Shown piece after piece: positions 27,106 to 36,312 of a stretch of 52,616 nucleotides of DNA; within the stretch, counting starts at the first letter, position 1, and every line of letters begins with the position of its first letter. The translations under genes and the position numbers were made by a program. Source of the stretch: Clostridia bacterium (GTDB lineage: Bacteria; Bacillota; Clostridia; Christensenellales; CAG-917); contig CAAEDU010000054.1 of NCBI GenBank assembly GCA_900754695.1, forward strand, positions 1-52,616, in the 5' to 3' direction. The notes beneath the pieces were generated by a model that saw only the letters and a program-made list of their open reading frames with translations, did no database searches and was not told where the DNA came from.

Positions 27106-27883
27106 GCAAGTTTCCTCAGAAAAATTTCCACAATTCAAGTGTTTTGCGGCGATTTTGTCATCCGAAACTTTCTAAGGATCGTGCTATTTTCTTTTTTTAT
27201 TGCGATCCGCTTCATTTTGTCGCAATTTTATTGCATTCCGCATTCAGGGTTCATCATGGCGTTTGTAGCGGCAGTCAGGCAGGCGGTTCGGCGCCGATGT
27301 TGACGATGAACCGCGGTGCGCGCATACCTCGCCGTCCGCCTTCTTTTGCCGTTTCCGTTAAAAAATGCCCCGCAGAGGTCGGAAACGGCAATTACCGTCG
27401 CACGGACCGATCAACTTACGCTCGAGTCGATTAACTTAAATTATAAGACGGGATCGCGAACGATTTGCCGACGGATCCCGGATGTTGCGCGGACATTCGC
27501 GCATGAGATCGGACCTGCGCGCAATGCCGAGATCCGCGGGACGGAACTCGTGATCTGCCGAAGTGTGAGCGTCGGGCGTTTTTCGCGTTTCATTTGTGAT
27601 TTTTGCCGTGAAAACGGCGTTTGAACCGTCAATTTACATTAAAACCGCCGTTTTGGGCGCGTTATGATGAGGTTTTACGTAAAAACATTGAATGCAGCAC
27701 CGAAACAACGAAGCAGCTCGGCATGCACTGATATCACGCGCGGTCACTTCTCGCGGACGGCATGATTTTGCCAAAAATGCGGTTCGGATCAAATGCCTTT
27801 TGCGGCAGCACCTCGACAATGCGTGCGTGAAAACTCGCACGATGAGGCATGCCGGACCGGAATAATGGCACGATTTCCTGAAA

Positions 27884-29128
27884 TCAGTCCGCGATGACGC
27901 GCATGAGGGTCTCACGGACGGCGATCCGCGCGTGCTCGAAGGTCAAAGCGCCTTGCACATAGACGATGTACGGCTCTTTTATGGGCGCGTCAGCGCTGAG
28001 CTCGATGGAGGAACCCTGCACAAAGGCGCCTGCCGCCATTATGACGTCGTGCTGATAGCCCGGCATCGCCCACGGCACGGGTACGACGTTGCTGTCCACG
28101 GGAGAAACGCTTTGCACCGCCTCGCAGAAATCGGTGAGCTGTTTTGCGCCGTGCATACGGATGCTCGTGACGATGTCATAGGCGCGCATCCCGGCTTTCG
28201 GGAGCGTGTCAAACCCGAGTTTTTCGTAGGCTTTGGCGAACAAAAAGGCACTTTTAAGTGCGTTTTCGGTGACTTGCGGCGCCAGGAAGAGCCCTTGATA
28301 GAACCTGGTGTATCCCGCGTCGTAAGAGCCCACTTCGGTGCCGAGCGAAGGTGCGGTGAGCCGCTTTCCGACCAACTCGACGAGCTCCTTTTTGCCCGCG
28401 ATGTAGCCGCCGGTGGGCGCGATGCCGCCGCCGATATTTTTGATGAGAGAGCCCGCGATGAGATCAGCACCGACGTCGGTGGGCTCGATTTTTTCCACGA
28501 ACTCGCCGTAGCAGTTGTCCACCAAGATCAGCGTTTCGGGGCTTAGCCGCTTGACAAACGCGATCATTTCGCCGATCTGTTCCACCGAGACGGCGCTGCG
28601 CCATTCATAGCCGCGGCTGCGTCCCGCAAAAACCGCCTTGACCTTGCGCGTCGTGAGCAACTTTTCGATGGCATCGAAGTCGAAAACGGGGGTCAGACCG
28701 TCTTCTTTCAGACCGATCATGTCAAAATCCACCCCGAATTCCTTCAAAGAGCCGCAGTTTTCACCCGAAATGACGTCGGAGAGCGTGTCGTAGGGCTTGC
28801 CCGTGACGGAGACGAAGAGGTCGCCGGGGCGCAGTACGCCGAAAAGCATGAGGGTGAGCGCCTGCGTGCCTGCCGTGATCATGGGCGAGACGACGGCGCT
28901 TTCGGCGCCGAGTGCGTCCGCAAAGACCTGCGAGAGGGTGTCCCGTCCCGCGTCGTCATAGCCGTAGCCCGTGCTTCCCGCAAAATGGCGCGCCTGAACG
29001 GCGTTTTTGCGGAAGGCGTCGAGCACCTTCTCCTGGTTGCGGAGCGCGATGTCCGCGATGTTGTCAAACTCGGCTTTCAGCTCTCGTATGCAGTCGTTGA
29101 CAAGTTTTTCGGCAGTTTCCTTTCTCAT
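27884..29128 (-). CDS. YnbB-like PLP-dependent enzyme (aluminium-resistance / Cys-Met-metabolism fold)
   Basis: GSTGYGYDDAGRD and GSLIKNIGGGIAPTGGYIAGKKELV (PLP lysine) match the YnbB family as I remember it. Confidence 0.82.
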   Translation of the reverse strand: MRKETAEKLVNDCIRELKAEFDNIADIALRNQEKVLDAFRKNAVQARHFAGSTGYGYDDAGRDTLSQVFADALGAESAVVSPMITAGTQALTLMLFGVLRPGDLFVSVTGKPYDTLSDVISGENCGSLKEFGVDFDMIGLKEDGLTPVFDFDAIEKLLTTRKVKAVFAGRSRGYEWRSAVSVEQIGEMIAFVKRLSPETLILVDNCYGEFVEKIEPTDVGADLIAGSLIKNIGGGIAPTGGYIAGKKELVELVGKRLTAPSLGTEVGSYDAGYTRFYQGLFLAPQVTENALKSAFLFAKAYEKLGFDTLPKAGMRAYDIVTSIRMHGAKQLTDFCEAVQSVSPVDSNVVPVPWAMPGYQHDVIMAAGAFVQGSSIELSADAPIKEPYIVYVQGALTFEHARIAVRETLMRVIAD

Positions 29129-29352
29129 ATATTCACCGAACTATTCTAAATTTCCCGTTTTTATATAATTCTTGCCCGGGCAAAATTAACTTTTGTTTGG
29201 GCAATATTTGCCTTACTCGGCGCGCACGAGCTTGTATGACGCCTGTCCGACATCCCGGCCTCACAAGTCCGAGCGCATCGTCGTTATGCTTGCGGCATAC
29301 CGTCTTCACGCGCCGCGTCGTCCTCACATATCGTCCGTTTGGCTCCGCACGC

Positions 29353-30351
29353 TTAGTTCGCTTGTCCGCTTCGCACGCCGTCGTTCCGCCCGCATTCTTC
29401 GAGGCGCTTTGCGACATATCTTTCGGCGGCGTCAAAGTCGCCGACGTCGAAACTCGCGGCAAATGCGTAGCGGCGGAACCATGTCAGTTGGCGCTTGGCG
29501 TAATTGCGGGTGTGTTTTTTGATGAGCTCGGAGACCGCGGCAAGTTCCTCCGCGGTCATGGGCATTTTGCCGTCAGAGATGCGCCCGAGATAGGGCGCGA
29601 ACTCCTTGTAGCCTATCGCCTGCATGCTCTGCCATGCGGGATCGGGCGCGAGTGCGGCGATCTCTTCCGCAAGTCCCGACTCGATCATCTCGTCCACGCG
29701 GGCGTCGATGCGGCCGTAGAGCGCCTTTCTGTCCGCGGGCTCGAATTTCACCGCGATGACATCGGGTGCTTCCGTCTTCATCTCCGCGCCGTGTGCGGCG
29801 GCGCCGGACAACGCGATCTCAAGCGCGCGGATGACGCGCTTCGTATCGTTGGGGTGCAGTTTCGCCGCTGCCGCCGCGTCCGCTGCCGCAAGTTTCCGGT
29901 GCATGGCTTCCGCACCCTCGCGTGAGAGTTCCTCCTCAAGCTCCCGCCTGAGAATCGGGTCCTTCATCGCGCTGCCGAAACTGAGCGGATAGAACAAGCT
30001 CTCGAAGTAAAGCCCCGTGCCGCCGACAAATATGGGCAGTCTTCCTTCCGCGAGCGCCTTTTTTCCCGCGGCGGTCGCCTCGTCACGAAAACGCGCGACG
30101 GAATATTCTTCATCGGGCGCTATGACGTCGATCAGGGAATGCGGCACTGCCTCTCGGCGGGACGGGGGCTCCTTGGCGGTGCCGATGTCCATGCCGCGAT
30201 AAATCTGCATACTGTCCGCGGACACGATCTCGCCGCCGAAACGCTTGGCGAGACGGAAGGCGAACTCCGACTTCCCGGAAGCGGTGGGCCCCATCACGAA
30301 CACCGCGTCAGGCGCTGCGAAGGGGTTTTTCACTGTCATGGTGGCGCTCAT
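29353..30351 (-). CDS. miaA: tRNA dimethylallyltransferase
   Basis: P-loop GPTASGKS, then IVSADSMQIYRGMDIGTAK. Confidence 0.93.
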   Translation of the reverse strand: MSATMTVKNPFAAPDAVFVMGPTASGKSEFAFRLAKRFGGEIVSADSMQIYRGMDIGTAKEPPSRREAVPHSLIDVIAPDEEYSVARFRDEATAAGKKALAEGRLPIFVGGTGLYFESLFYPLSFGSAMKDPILRRELEEELSREGAEAMHRKLAAADAAAAAKLHPNDTKRVIRALEIALSGAAAHGAEMKTEAPDVIAVKFEPADRKALYGRIDARVDEMIESGLAEEIAALAPDPAWQSMQAIGYKEFAPYLGRISDGKMPMTAEELAAVSELIKKHTRNYAKRQLTWFRRYAFAASFDVGDFDAAERYVAKRLEECGRNDGVRSGQAN

Positions 30352-32184
30352 ACGATCCTCAGGAACATCTTCTCGAAGTCACGCCTCGTGAGCGCGACCA
30401 CAGCAGGACGTCCGTGCGGACACTTTTGCGGCAGCTCTCCCTTGTCGTTCAGGAAATTGGCGAGGACCTGTTCGATCTGCCGTTTGGTGAGATGCTCGCC
30501 GCCCTTGATCGCGGCGCGGCAGGCGTCGCGGCAGACGGTCTCTTTCATGAGGTCGGAGAGTTTGAGCTCGCCGTCGTCCAGCATGTGCGAGAAGAGCTCC
30601 GAGAGGAAATGCTCGAAGTCCATCCTGACGACGGGCTCGGGCAGCGCGTAGACGATGAAACTGTTGGGCTTCTGTTCGATGACGAAACCCATCGCGTTGA
30701 GCGCGGGCATGATCTTCTCGAAATATTCCCTTTCCTCCCCGGAGAGGCGGAGCTTGTGCGGGATGAGAAGAGTCTGCGCATATTCTGGCTTGAGCTCGGC
30801 GGTGAGTTTGTCGTAGAGGATGCGCTCGTGGGCGGCGTGCTGATCGATGATGTAGACGACATTGGCGCGTTCCACGATGAGATAGGTGTCAAAGACCTGT
30901 CCGACGACGGTGCCGTCGAAGAGACGGAACTTGTTGTTCAAACTATTCGCTAAATCCTCATCGGTATCCTGCGACATCGCGTTGATGAACGCATCTTCGC
31001 GCGAACCATAGCCGTATGTCCCGCGATAAGGAAAAACGGAGCTGTCCGACGCGCTGCGCGCGAAACCCGCCCGCACGGACCCCGCCATTCTCAGCGACGA
31101 GATGTCCAAAGGCGTTTCGGCGCCTTGGGCGGCGACGCCCGCGTCGGCGCTCACGGTGCCGTACGGCGAAACGCTGCCTACCTCGTCGTAAAGCGAAGCG
31201 GTGTCGATGGCGGTCTGTTCGTAGGACGCGGTCTTAGCACGGGAAAAGGCATGATGCACGCCGTATTCCTCCGTCTCGTCGGTCTCTGCGGCGGGTGCGA
31301 ATCCGTGCTCACGCTCGGCAAAAGAGCTCTTCAAAGCGTCTTCGACCGCTCTGAAAACGGCGCCGAAAACGGCGTTTTTGTTGCGGAAACGCACCTCGGT
31401 CTTGGCGGGATGGACATTGACATCCACCTCCTCGAAAGGCACGACTATGTCGAGGACGTACATGGGATAGGTGCGCTTGACGAGATAGTCGCGGTAGGCT
31501 TTGTCGACCGCCGCGGAGACGGTGTCCACCGTGACGGATCTGCCGTTGACGATGACGGTCTGGCGGGAGCGTGTGGGCGCGGTATAGTCCACTTCCGAGA
31601 TATATCCGCGCACTCTGATCCCGCTCGACGCCTCGCGCTCCACCGCGATGAAACGCCCCATGTCGAGGTTCGGGTAGACAGCCGCCATCGCGGAGGCGAG
31701 GTCGCCGCCGGCATGCTCGATGAGCACCCCCTTTTCGTTGCTCAGCGAGAAGCGGAGCGCGGGGTTTGAAAGCACGATCTTCTCCGCCGCGTCGACGATA
31801 TAGCCCTGTTCCACGGAAGGTTTTTTCAGGAATTTGAGGCGCGCGGGAGACCATCGTCACCTCGCTCACGGACGCGATGCTCGCAAGCGCCTCACCGCGG
31901 AACCCCAGCGTGGAGATGGTGTCGAGGTCGGTGATCTCACTCAGTTTGCTGGTGGCGTGCGGGAGGAACGCCGCTCTCATGTCCTCTTTCAGGACGCCCG
32001 TGCCGTCGTCGCTGACGCAGATGCGGCGTATGCCTCCCTCTTCGATCGTCACCGAGATCTCGGTCGCGCCCGCGTCGATGCTGTTTTCGACGAGTTCCTT
32101 GACGACGGAGGCGGGACGTTCCACCACCTCGCCCGCCGAGATCATATTGAAAACTCCCGGTTGAAGGACGTTTATCTTGCCCAT
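30348..32184 (-). pseudogene. mutL: DNA mismatch repair protein MutL, disrupted by an out-of-frame internal deletion near 31846
   Basis: The N-terminal frame gives [24 protein letters not shown]...[20 protein letters not shown] and then nonsense. The conserved continuation [17 protein letters not shown]... is in the +1 frame. About 40 residues, including motif IV, are absent. Confidence 0.7.
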
Positions 32185-32187
32185 AGC

Positions 32188-34827
32188 TTAGCCTTCCGAT
32201 TTCTTTTTGAGGTCGTTGAGAACGGTGAGCGCCTGCAAAGGCGTGAGGTTCTCGACGTCGATGTCTCTGAGTTCCTTTTCCACTTCGGACTCCTCGCGGT
32301 CGAAGAGGCTGGTCTGCTGCACGGCGCGGGTGCCCGAGGACGTCGCGAGCAACATACTGTTGGAGTCGCGGTCGGCGGCGCGGCGCTCGAGCTCGGACAT
32401 TATGCCGCGCGCGCGGTCGATGACGCTCTTTTTGACGCCCGCAAGTGACGCGACTTCCACGCCGAAACTCCTGGACGCGCTCCCCCGCGCGATCTTGTGC
32501 AGGAAGACGATCCTGTCCTTTGTCTCGCCGACGAGGACGCGGTAGTTCTTCACTCCGCCGAAACTCTCCGCGTCCGTGAGCTCGTGGAAATGAGTGGCAA
32601 AGAGGGTCTTGGCGCGGATCTCGGACGTGATGTATTCCAGCACCGCCCACGCGATGCTGAGCCCGTCATACGTGGACGTGCCCCGCCCTATCTCGTCGAG
32701 GATGAGGAGGGAGGAGGAAGTGGCGTAGTTCAGGATGGTGGCGACTTCGATCATCTCCACCATGAAGGTGGACTGACCGCCCGAAAGGTCGTCGCTTGCA
32801 CCTATGCGGGTGAAGATCCTGTCCGTCAAAGTTATCTCCGCGCTCTTTGCGGGCACGAAGCAGCCGATGTGCGCCATCAGCGTGATGAGCGCGACCTGGC
32901 GCATATAGGTGCTCTTCCCCGCCATATTGGGACCCGTGAGGATGATGGTGCGGTTGTCTCCGCCGTCGAGAAGGGTGTCGTTGGGGACGTATGCGCCGTG
33001 CTCGAGCAAAGTCTCCACGACGGGATGTCTGCCGTCCTTGATGTCGATGGCTTTCACCTTGGAACCGATGACGGGACGCACGTAATTCCCGCGCACCGCG
33101 ACCACGGCAAAGGAACACAGCACATCCAGCACCGCGAGCGCGCGCGCCGTCTTTTGCAGGGCGCCAAGTTCCGCCAAAGTCCTGGCTTTGAGGTCGTCGA
33201 AGAGCTTATTTTCCAGCGCCGCCGCCTCTTCGTGCGCGGTGAGGATGCGGGTCTCGAGCTCCTTCAGTTCGTCGGTGATGAAGCGCTCGCCGCCCACCAG
33301 CGTCTGTTTGCGCTGATAGCGGTAAGGCACCTTGTCGAGGAAGGAGTTGGACACCTCGATATAATAGCCGAACACCTTGTTATATTTGACTTTGAGGTTG
33401 CGGATCCCGGTGGCTTCGCGCTCCCGCGCTTCGAGATTGACGACCCACTCCTGCGCGGTGGACTTAATGTCGCGGAGGGAATCCAGCGTCTTATCGTATC
33501 CGCGCGCGATGATGAAACCTCCTCCGCCGTCCTTTTCCAGCTTGCGTGCGGTGCGCTCCAGCGCCCTGCCGAGCAGGGACGCGAGCTCGGGAAGCAGACA
33601 GATGTCCGCGTGGATGCGTTTGATGAGCGGGTCCTTCACTCCCGCGATCGCCTTCTTTATCTCGGGCAGTACATCGAGGGTGTCCGAGACGGAAAGCAGC
33701 ACGGACGGAGTCGCGGAGCCGTATGCCACACGCCCCGCCAGCCTTTCAAGGTCGCGGACGGAAGAGAGACTCTCGCCGACGCTCTCCCGCACACCCTTTT
33801 CGCGGACGAGGGTCTCCACCGCGTTCAGGCGGGCGTTGATCGCTTTTTCGTCTCTCAGAGGTCTTTCGAGCCACGCTCTTAACGTGCGTGCGCCCATCGC
33901 AGTATGCGTGCGGTCGAGCACGCCGATGAGGGACCCCGTCTTTTTGCCGTCTCTGGCGCGGGCGGTGAGCTCGAGGTTGCGCCTTGTCGCCGCGTCGAGG
34001 AGCATGAAGGACTTGTCGTAAAGATAGGTCACGCCGCTGAGCTGCGCGAGGGTGCGCTTCTGCGTCTGCGCGAGATATTCGACGAGCCCTCCCGCCGCGG
34101 ACACGGCGTACTTTTTGTCCTCCACCTCGAAAGCCGCGAGCGAGGACACGCGGAGGGCGTCGCAAAGTTTCTTCTCCGCGGTGCGGAAATTATAAGCAAA
34201 CTCATGCCAACAGCGGGGTTTTATGTCCGCGGAAGAGAAATAAGGCACGATGCGCCAGGCGCTTTCAAACTCCTCGTTGCACACGAACTCGGCGGGATGC
34301 GCCGAGGACAGAACGTCCGAAAGGCGGGTCGCCCAGTCCTCCCCCTTATATTCGTAGAGCCAGAACTCCCCCGTGCTGATGTCCGCCCACGCGAGCCCGA
34401 ATGCGTCGCCGTCGAGGCAGACGGAAGCGAGATAGTTGGTGACTTTCTCGTCCAGGATCTCCTCCTCCATCACGGTGCCCGGGGTGACCACTCTCACGAC
34501 GTCGCGCTCCAACATGCCTTTCGAGGTCGCGGGGTCGGTGAGCTGCTCGCATATCGCGACGCGGAAACCCGCGTCGATGAGACGGCGGATATAGTTGTCC
34601 ACCGCGTGATAAGGCACTCCGCACATGGGGGCGCGCCTGTCCTTCAAGCCGCAGTCCCGTCCCGTGAGGGTGAGATCGAGCACCCGCGACGCGGTCTCCG
34701 CGTCGTCGAAAAACATCTCGTAAAAGTCCCCGAGCCTGAAAAAGAGCAGGCAATCGGGATAATTGGCTTTGATCTGGAAATATCTCTTCATCATCGGAGA
34801 GAGTTCGTCAATGTTTATCTCCATCAT
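32188..34827 (-). CDS. mutS: DNA mismatch repair protein MutS
   Basis: PMMKRYFQIKANYPDCLLFFRLGDFYEMF, Walker A GPNMAGKST, and DEIGRGTSTYDG. The ATG overlaps the miaB stop (ATGA). Confidence 0.95.
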   Translation of the reverse strand: MMEINIDELSPMMKRYFQIKANYPDCLLFFRLGDFYEMFFDDAETASRVLDLTLTGRDCGLKDRRAPMCGVPYHAVDNYIRRLIDAGFRVAICEQLTDPATSKGMLERDVVRVVTPGTVMEEEILDEKVTNYLASVCLDGDAFGLAWADISTGEFWLYEYKGEDWATRLSDVLSSAHPAEFVCNEEFESAWRIVPYFSSADIKPRCWHEFAYNFRTAEKKLCDALRVSSLAAFEVEDKKYAVSAAGGLVEYLAQTQKRTLAQLSGVTYLYDKSFMLLDAATRRNLELTARARDGKKTGSLIGVLDRTHTAMGARTLRAWLERPLRDEKAINARLNAVETLVREKGVRESVGESLSSVRDLERLAGRVAYGSATPSVLLSVSDTLDVLPEIKKAIAGVKDPLIKRIHADICLLPELASLLGRALERTARKLEKDGGGGFIIARGYDKTLDSLRDIKSTAQEWVVNLEAREREATGIRNLKVKYNKVFGYYIEVSNSFLDKVPYRYQRKQTLVGGERFITDELKELETRILTAHEEAAALENKLFDDLKARTLAELGALQKTARALAVLDVLCSFAVVAVRGNYVRPVIGSKVKAIDIKDGRHPVVETLLEHGAYVPNDTLLDGGDNRTIILTGPNMAGKSTYMRQVALITLMAHIGCFVPAKSAEITLTDRIFTRIGASDDLSGGQSTFMVEMIEVATILNYATSSSLLILDEIGRGTSTYDGLSIAWAVLEYITSEIRAKTLFATHFHELTDAESFGGVKNYRVLVGETKDRIVFLHKIARGSASRSFGVEVASLAGVKKSVIDRARGIMSELERRAADRDSNSMLLATSSGTRAVQQTSLFDREESEVEKELRDIDVENLTPLQALTVLNDLKKKSEG

Positions 34828-36173
34828 TCCTCCGCCTTGCCGAAAAGGGACGCCGAGCGCGCCTCGTTTATCCTGACACGGAAAAACTCGCCCACTCCGC
34901 CCGCGTCGCCGGGGAATGTGACCAGCCTGCCGCTCGCGGTCCTGCCGCACAGCATCCCGGGATGTTTGGGCGCGACGTCCTCTGCGAGCACTTCATACAC
35001 GCCGCCGACGTAGTCTTCCGAAAGTTCCTTCGTGATAGAATTCTGCAGTTTGATGAGCTCCCCGATCCTCGCCCGCTTGACGGGGTAAGGGATCTGGGTC
35101 ATCTTCGCCGCGGGAGTGCCCTTCCTCGGCGAATATATGAACGTGAACGCATTGGAGAAGCGCACTCTTCCGACAAGGTCCATGGTGTCAAGAAAGTCCT
35201 CCTCCGTCTCCGTCGGGAAGCCCACCATGACGTCCGTCGTGATGCCGATGTCGGGCATCGCCGCGCGCAGTTTCCCGATGAGGGAGAAATAGCGCTCGCG
35301 GGTGTAGCGTCGGTTCATGTCGCGGAGGACTTTGTCGGAGCCCGATTGCACGGGCAGATGGATGTTGTGGGGGACCTTGGTGCTCTCCGCCATCGCCGCG
35401 ATGACGCCGTCCGTGAGATCCTTCGGGTGCGAGGTCATGAACCGCACGCGGAACTTGCCGTCTATCTTCTCCAACTCGCGCAGCAGCCTCTCGAAACTCT
35501 CTCCGGAGGAGAGGTCGTGCCCGTAGGAGTTGACGTTCTGTCCGAGCAGGGTTATCTCGCGATAGCCCTCGTCCACCGCGCGCCGCACCTCGTCGAGCAC
35601 CGCGGGCATGGGGCGCGAGAGTTCCCGCCCTCTCACATACGGCACTATGCAATAGGTGCAGAAATTGTTGCATCCGTAGATGATGTTCACCCACGCATTG
35701 GGGAAACTCGTGCGCGTGACGGGAGCACGCTCGTCGAGGGAGAGATAGTCCTCCGCGTCCTCCGTATCAAATGCGCGGTAACGCTTGTCGGAGCGCTTTT
35801 TCATCGCCGCGCGCGCCGCGAGCACCTTGTTTATCTCCTCCGGCAGCGCGAAAACATTGCGGGTGCCGAGGACGATGTCCACATACGGATAGCGTTCTTT
35901 GATGAGCTCGGGCATGCCGCTTTGCTTCGCCATGCACCCCACGACCGCGATGACGAGAGCGGGGTTTTTCTTCTTCTCCCCTTTCACTACGCCGATGTTG
36001 CCGAGGGCGCGGCGCTCCGCGTTGTCCCGGATGCAGCAGGTGTTGAAAACGACGACGTCCGCGCTCTCCTCCTCGCCGCAGGGCACTCCGCCCATGCCTT
36101 CGAGGAGCCCCGCGATCTTTTCGGACTCGTGCACGTTCATCTGACAGCCGTATGTGACGATCTTATACTTCAT
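34824..36173 (-). CDS. miaB: tRNA 2-methylthio-N6-isopentenyladenosine synthase (radical SAM MiaB)
   Basis: YGCQMN, the CNNFCTYCIVPYVRG radical-SAM motif, and a C-terminal TRAM-like region. The start is set at MKYKIVTYGCQ. Confidence 0.92.
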   Translation of the reverse strand: MKYKIVTYGCQMNVHESEKIAGLLEGMGGVPCGEEESADVVVFNTCCIRDNAERRALGNIGVVKGEKKKNPALVIAVVGCMAKQSGMPELIKERYPYVDIVLGTRNVFALPEEINKVLAARAAMKKRSDKRYRAFDTEDAEDYLSLDERAPVTRTSFPNAWVNIIYGCNNFCTYCIVPYVRGRELSRPMPAVLDEVRRAVDEGYREITLLGQNVNSYGHDLSSGESFERLLRELEKIDGKFRVRFMTSHPKDLTDGVIAAMAESTKVPHNIHLPVQSGSDKVLRDMNRRYTRERYFSLIGKLRAAMPDIGITTDVMVGFPTETEEDFLDTMDLVGRVRFSNAFTFIYSPRKGTPAAKMTQIPYPVKRARIGELIKLQNSITKELSEDYVGGVYEVLAEDVAPKHPGMLCGRTASGRLVTFPGDAGGVGEFFRVRINEARSASLFGKAEE

Positions 36174-36312
36174 CTTGCTTTTATCCTCTGCCGCAGGCGG
36201 AGACTTCCTCCCGCGCCCGTGCGCGCACGAGACACGCATATATGCGCATGCGTGATTTTCTCGGTCAGATAATTATACATAAAAAACGGCGAAAACACAA
36301 TAATAAATCACG

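Noticed and set aside
26460-27883. A dif/XerCD site or DnaA-box cluster, suggested by the convergent gene orientation.
   Set aside because: I scanned by eye for ATTATGTnAAnT-type XerD arms and for TTATCCACA. The closest strings, TAATGTAAATT at about 27630 and CCCATAATACTCC at about 26595, lack the partner arm. Nothing is convincing without a profile search.
26616-27915. ORFs inside the island: 26616..26843(+), 27102..27434(+), 27316..27624(+), 27441..27632(-), 27634..27915(-).
   Set aside because: They have no RBS and non-ATG or poorly placed starts. Their compositions are odd, with no motifs, and they overlap one another in low-GC repetitive DNA. They may at most be pseudogene debris.
29129-29352. 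A small hfq-like gene or a terminator between miaA and the ynbB-like gene.
   Set aside because: No Sm-motif ORF is present in any frame. The palindromes GGCAAATATTGCC and TTGCCCGGGCAA lack proper loops or U-tracts.
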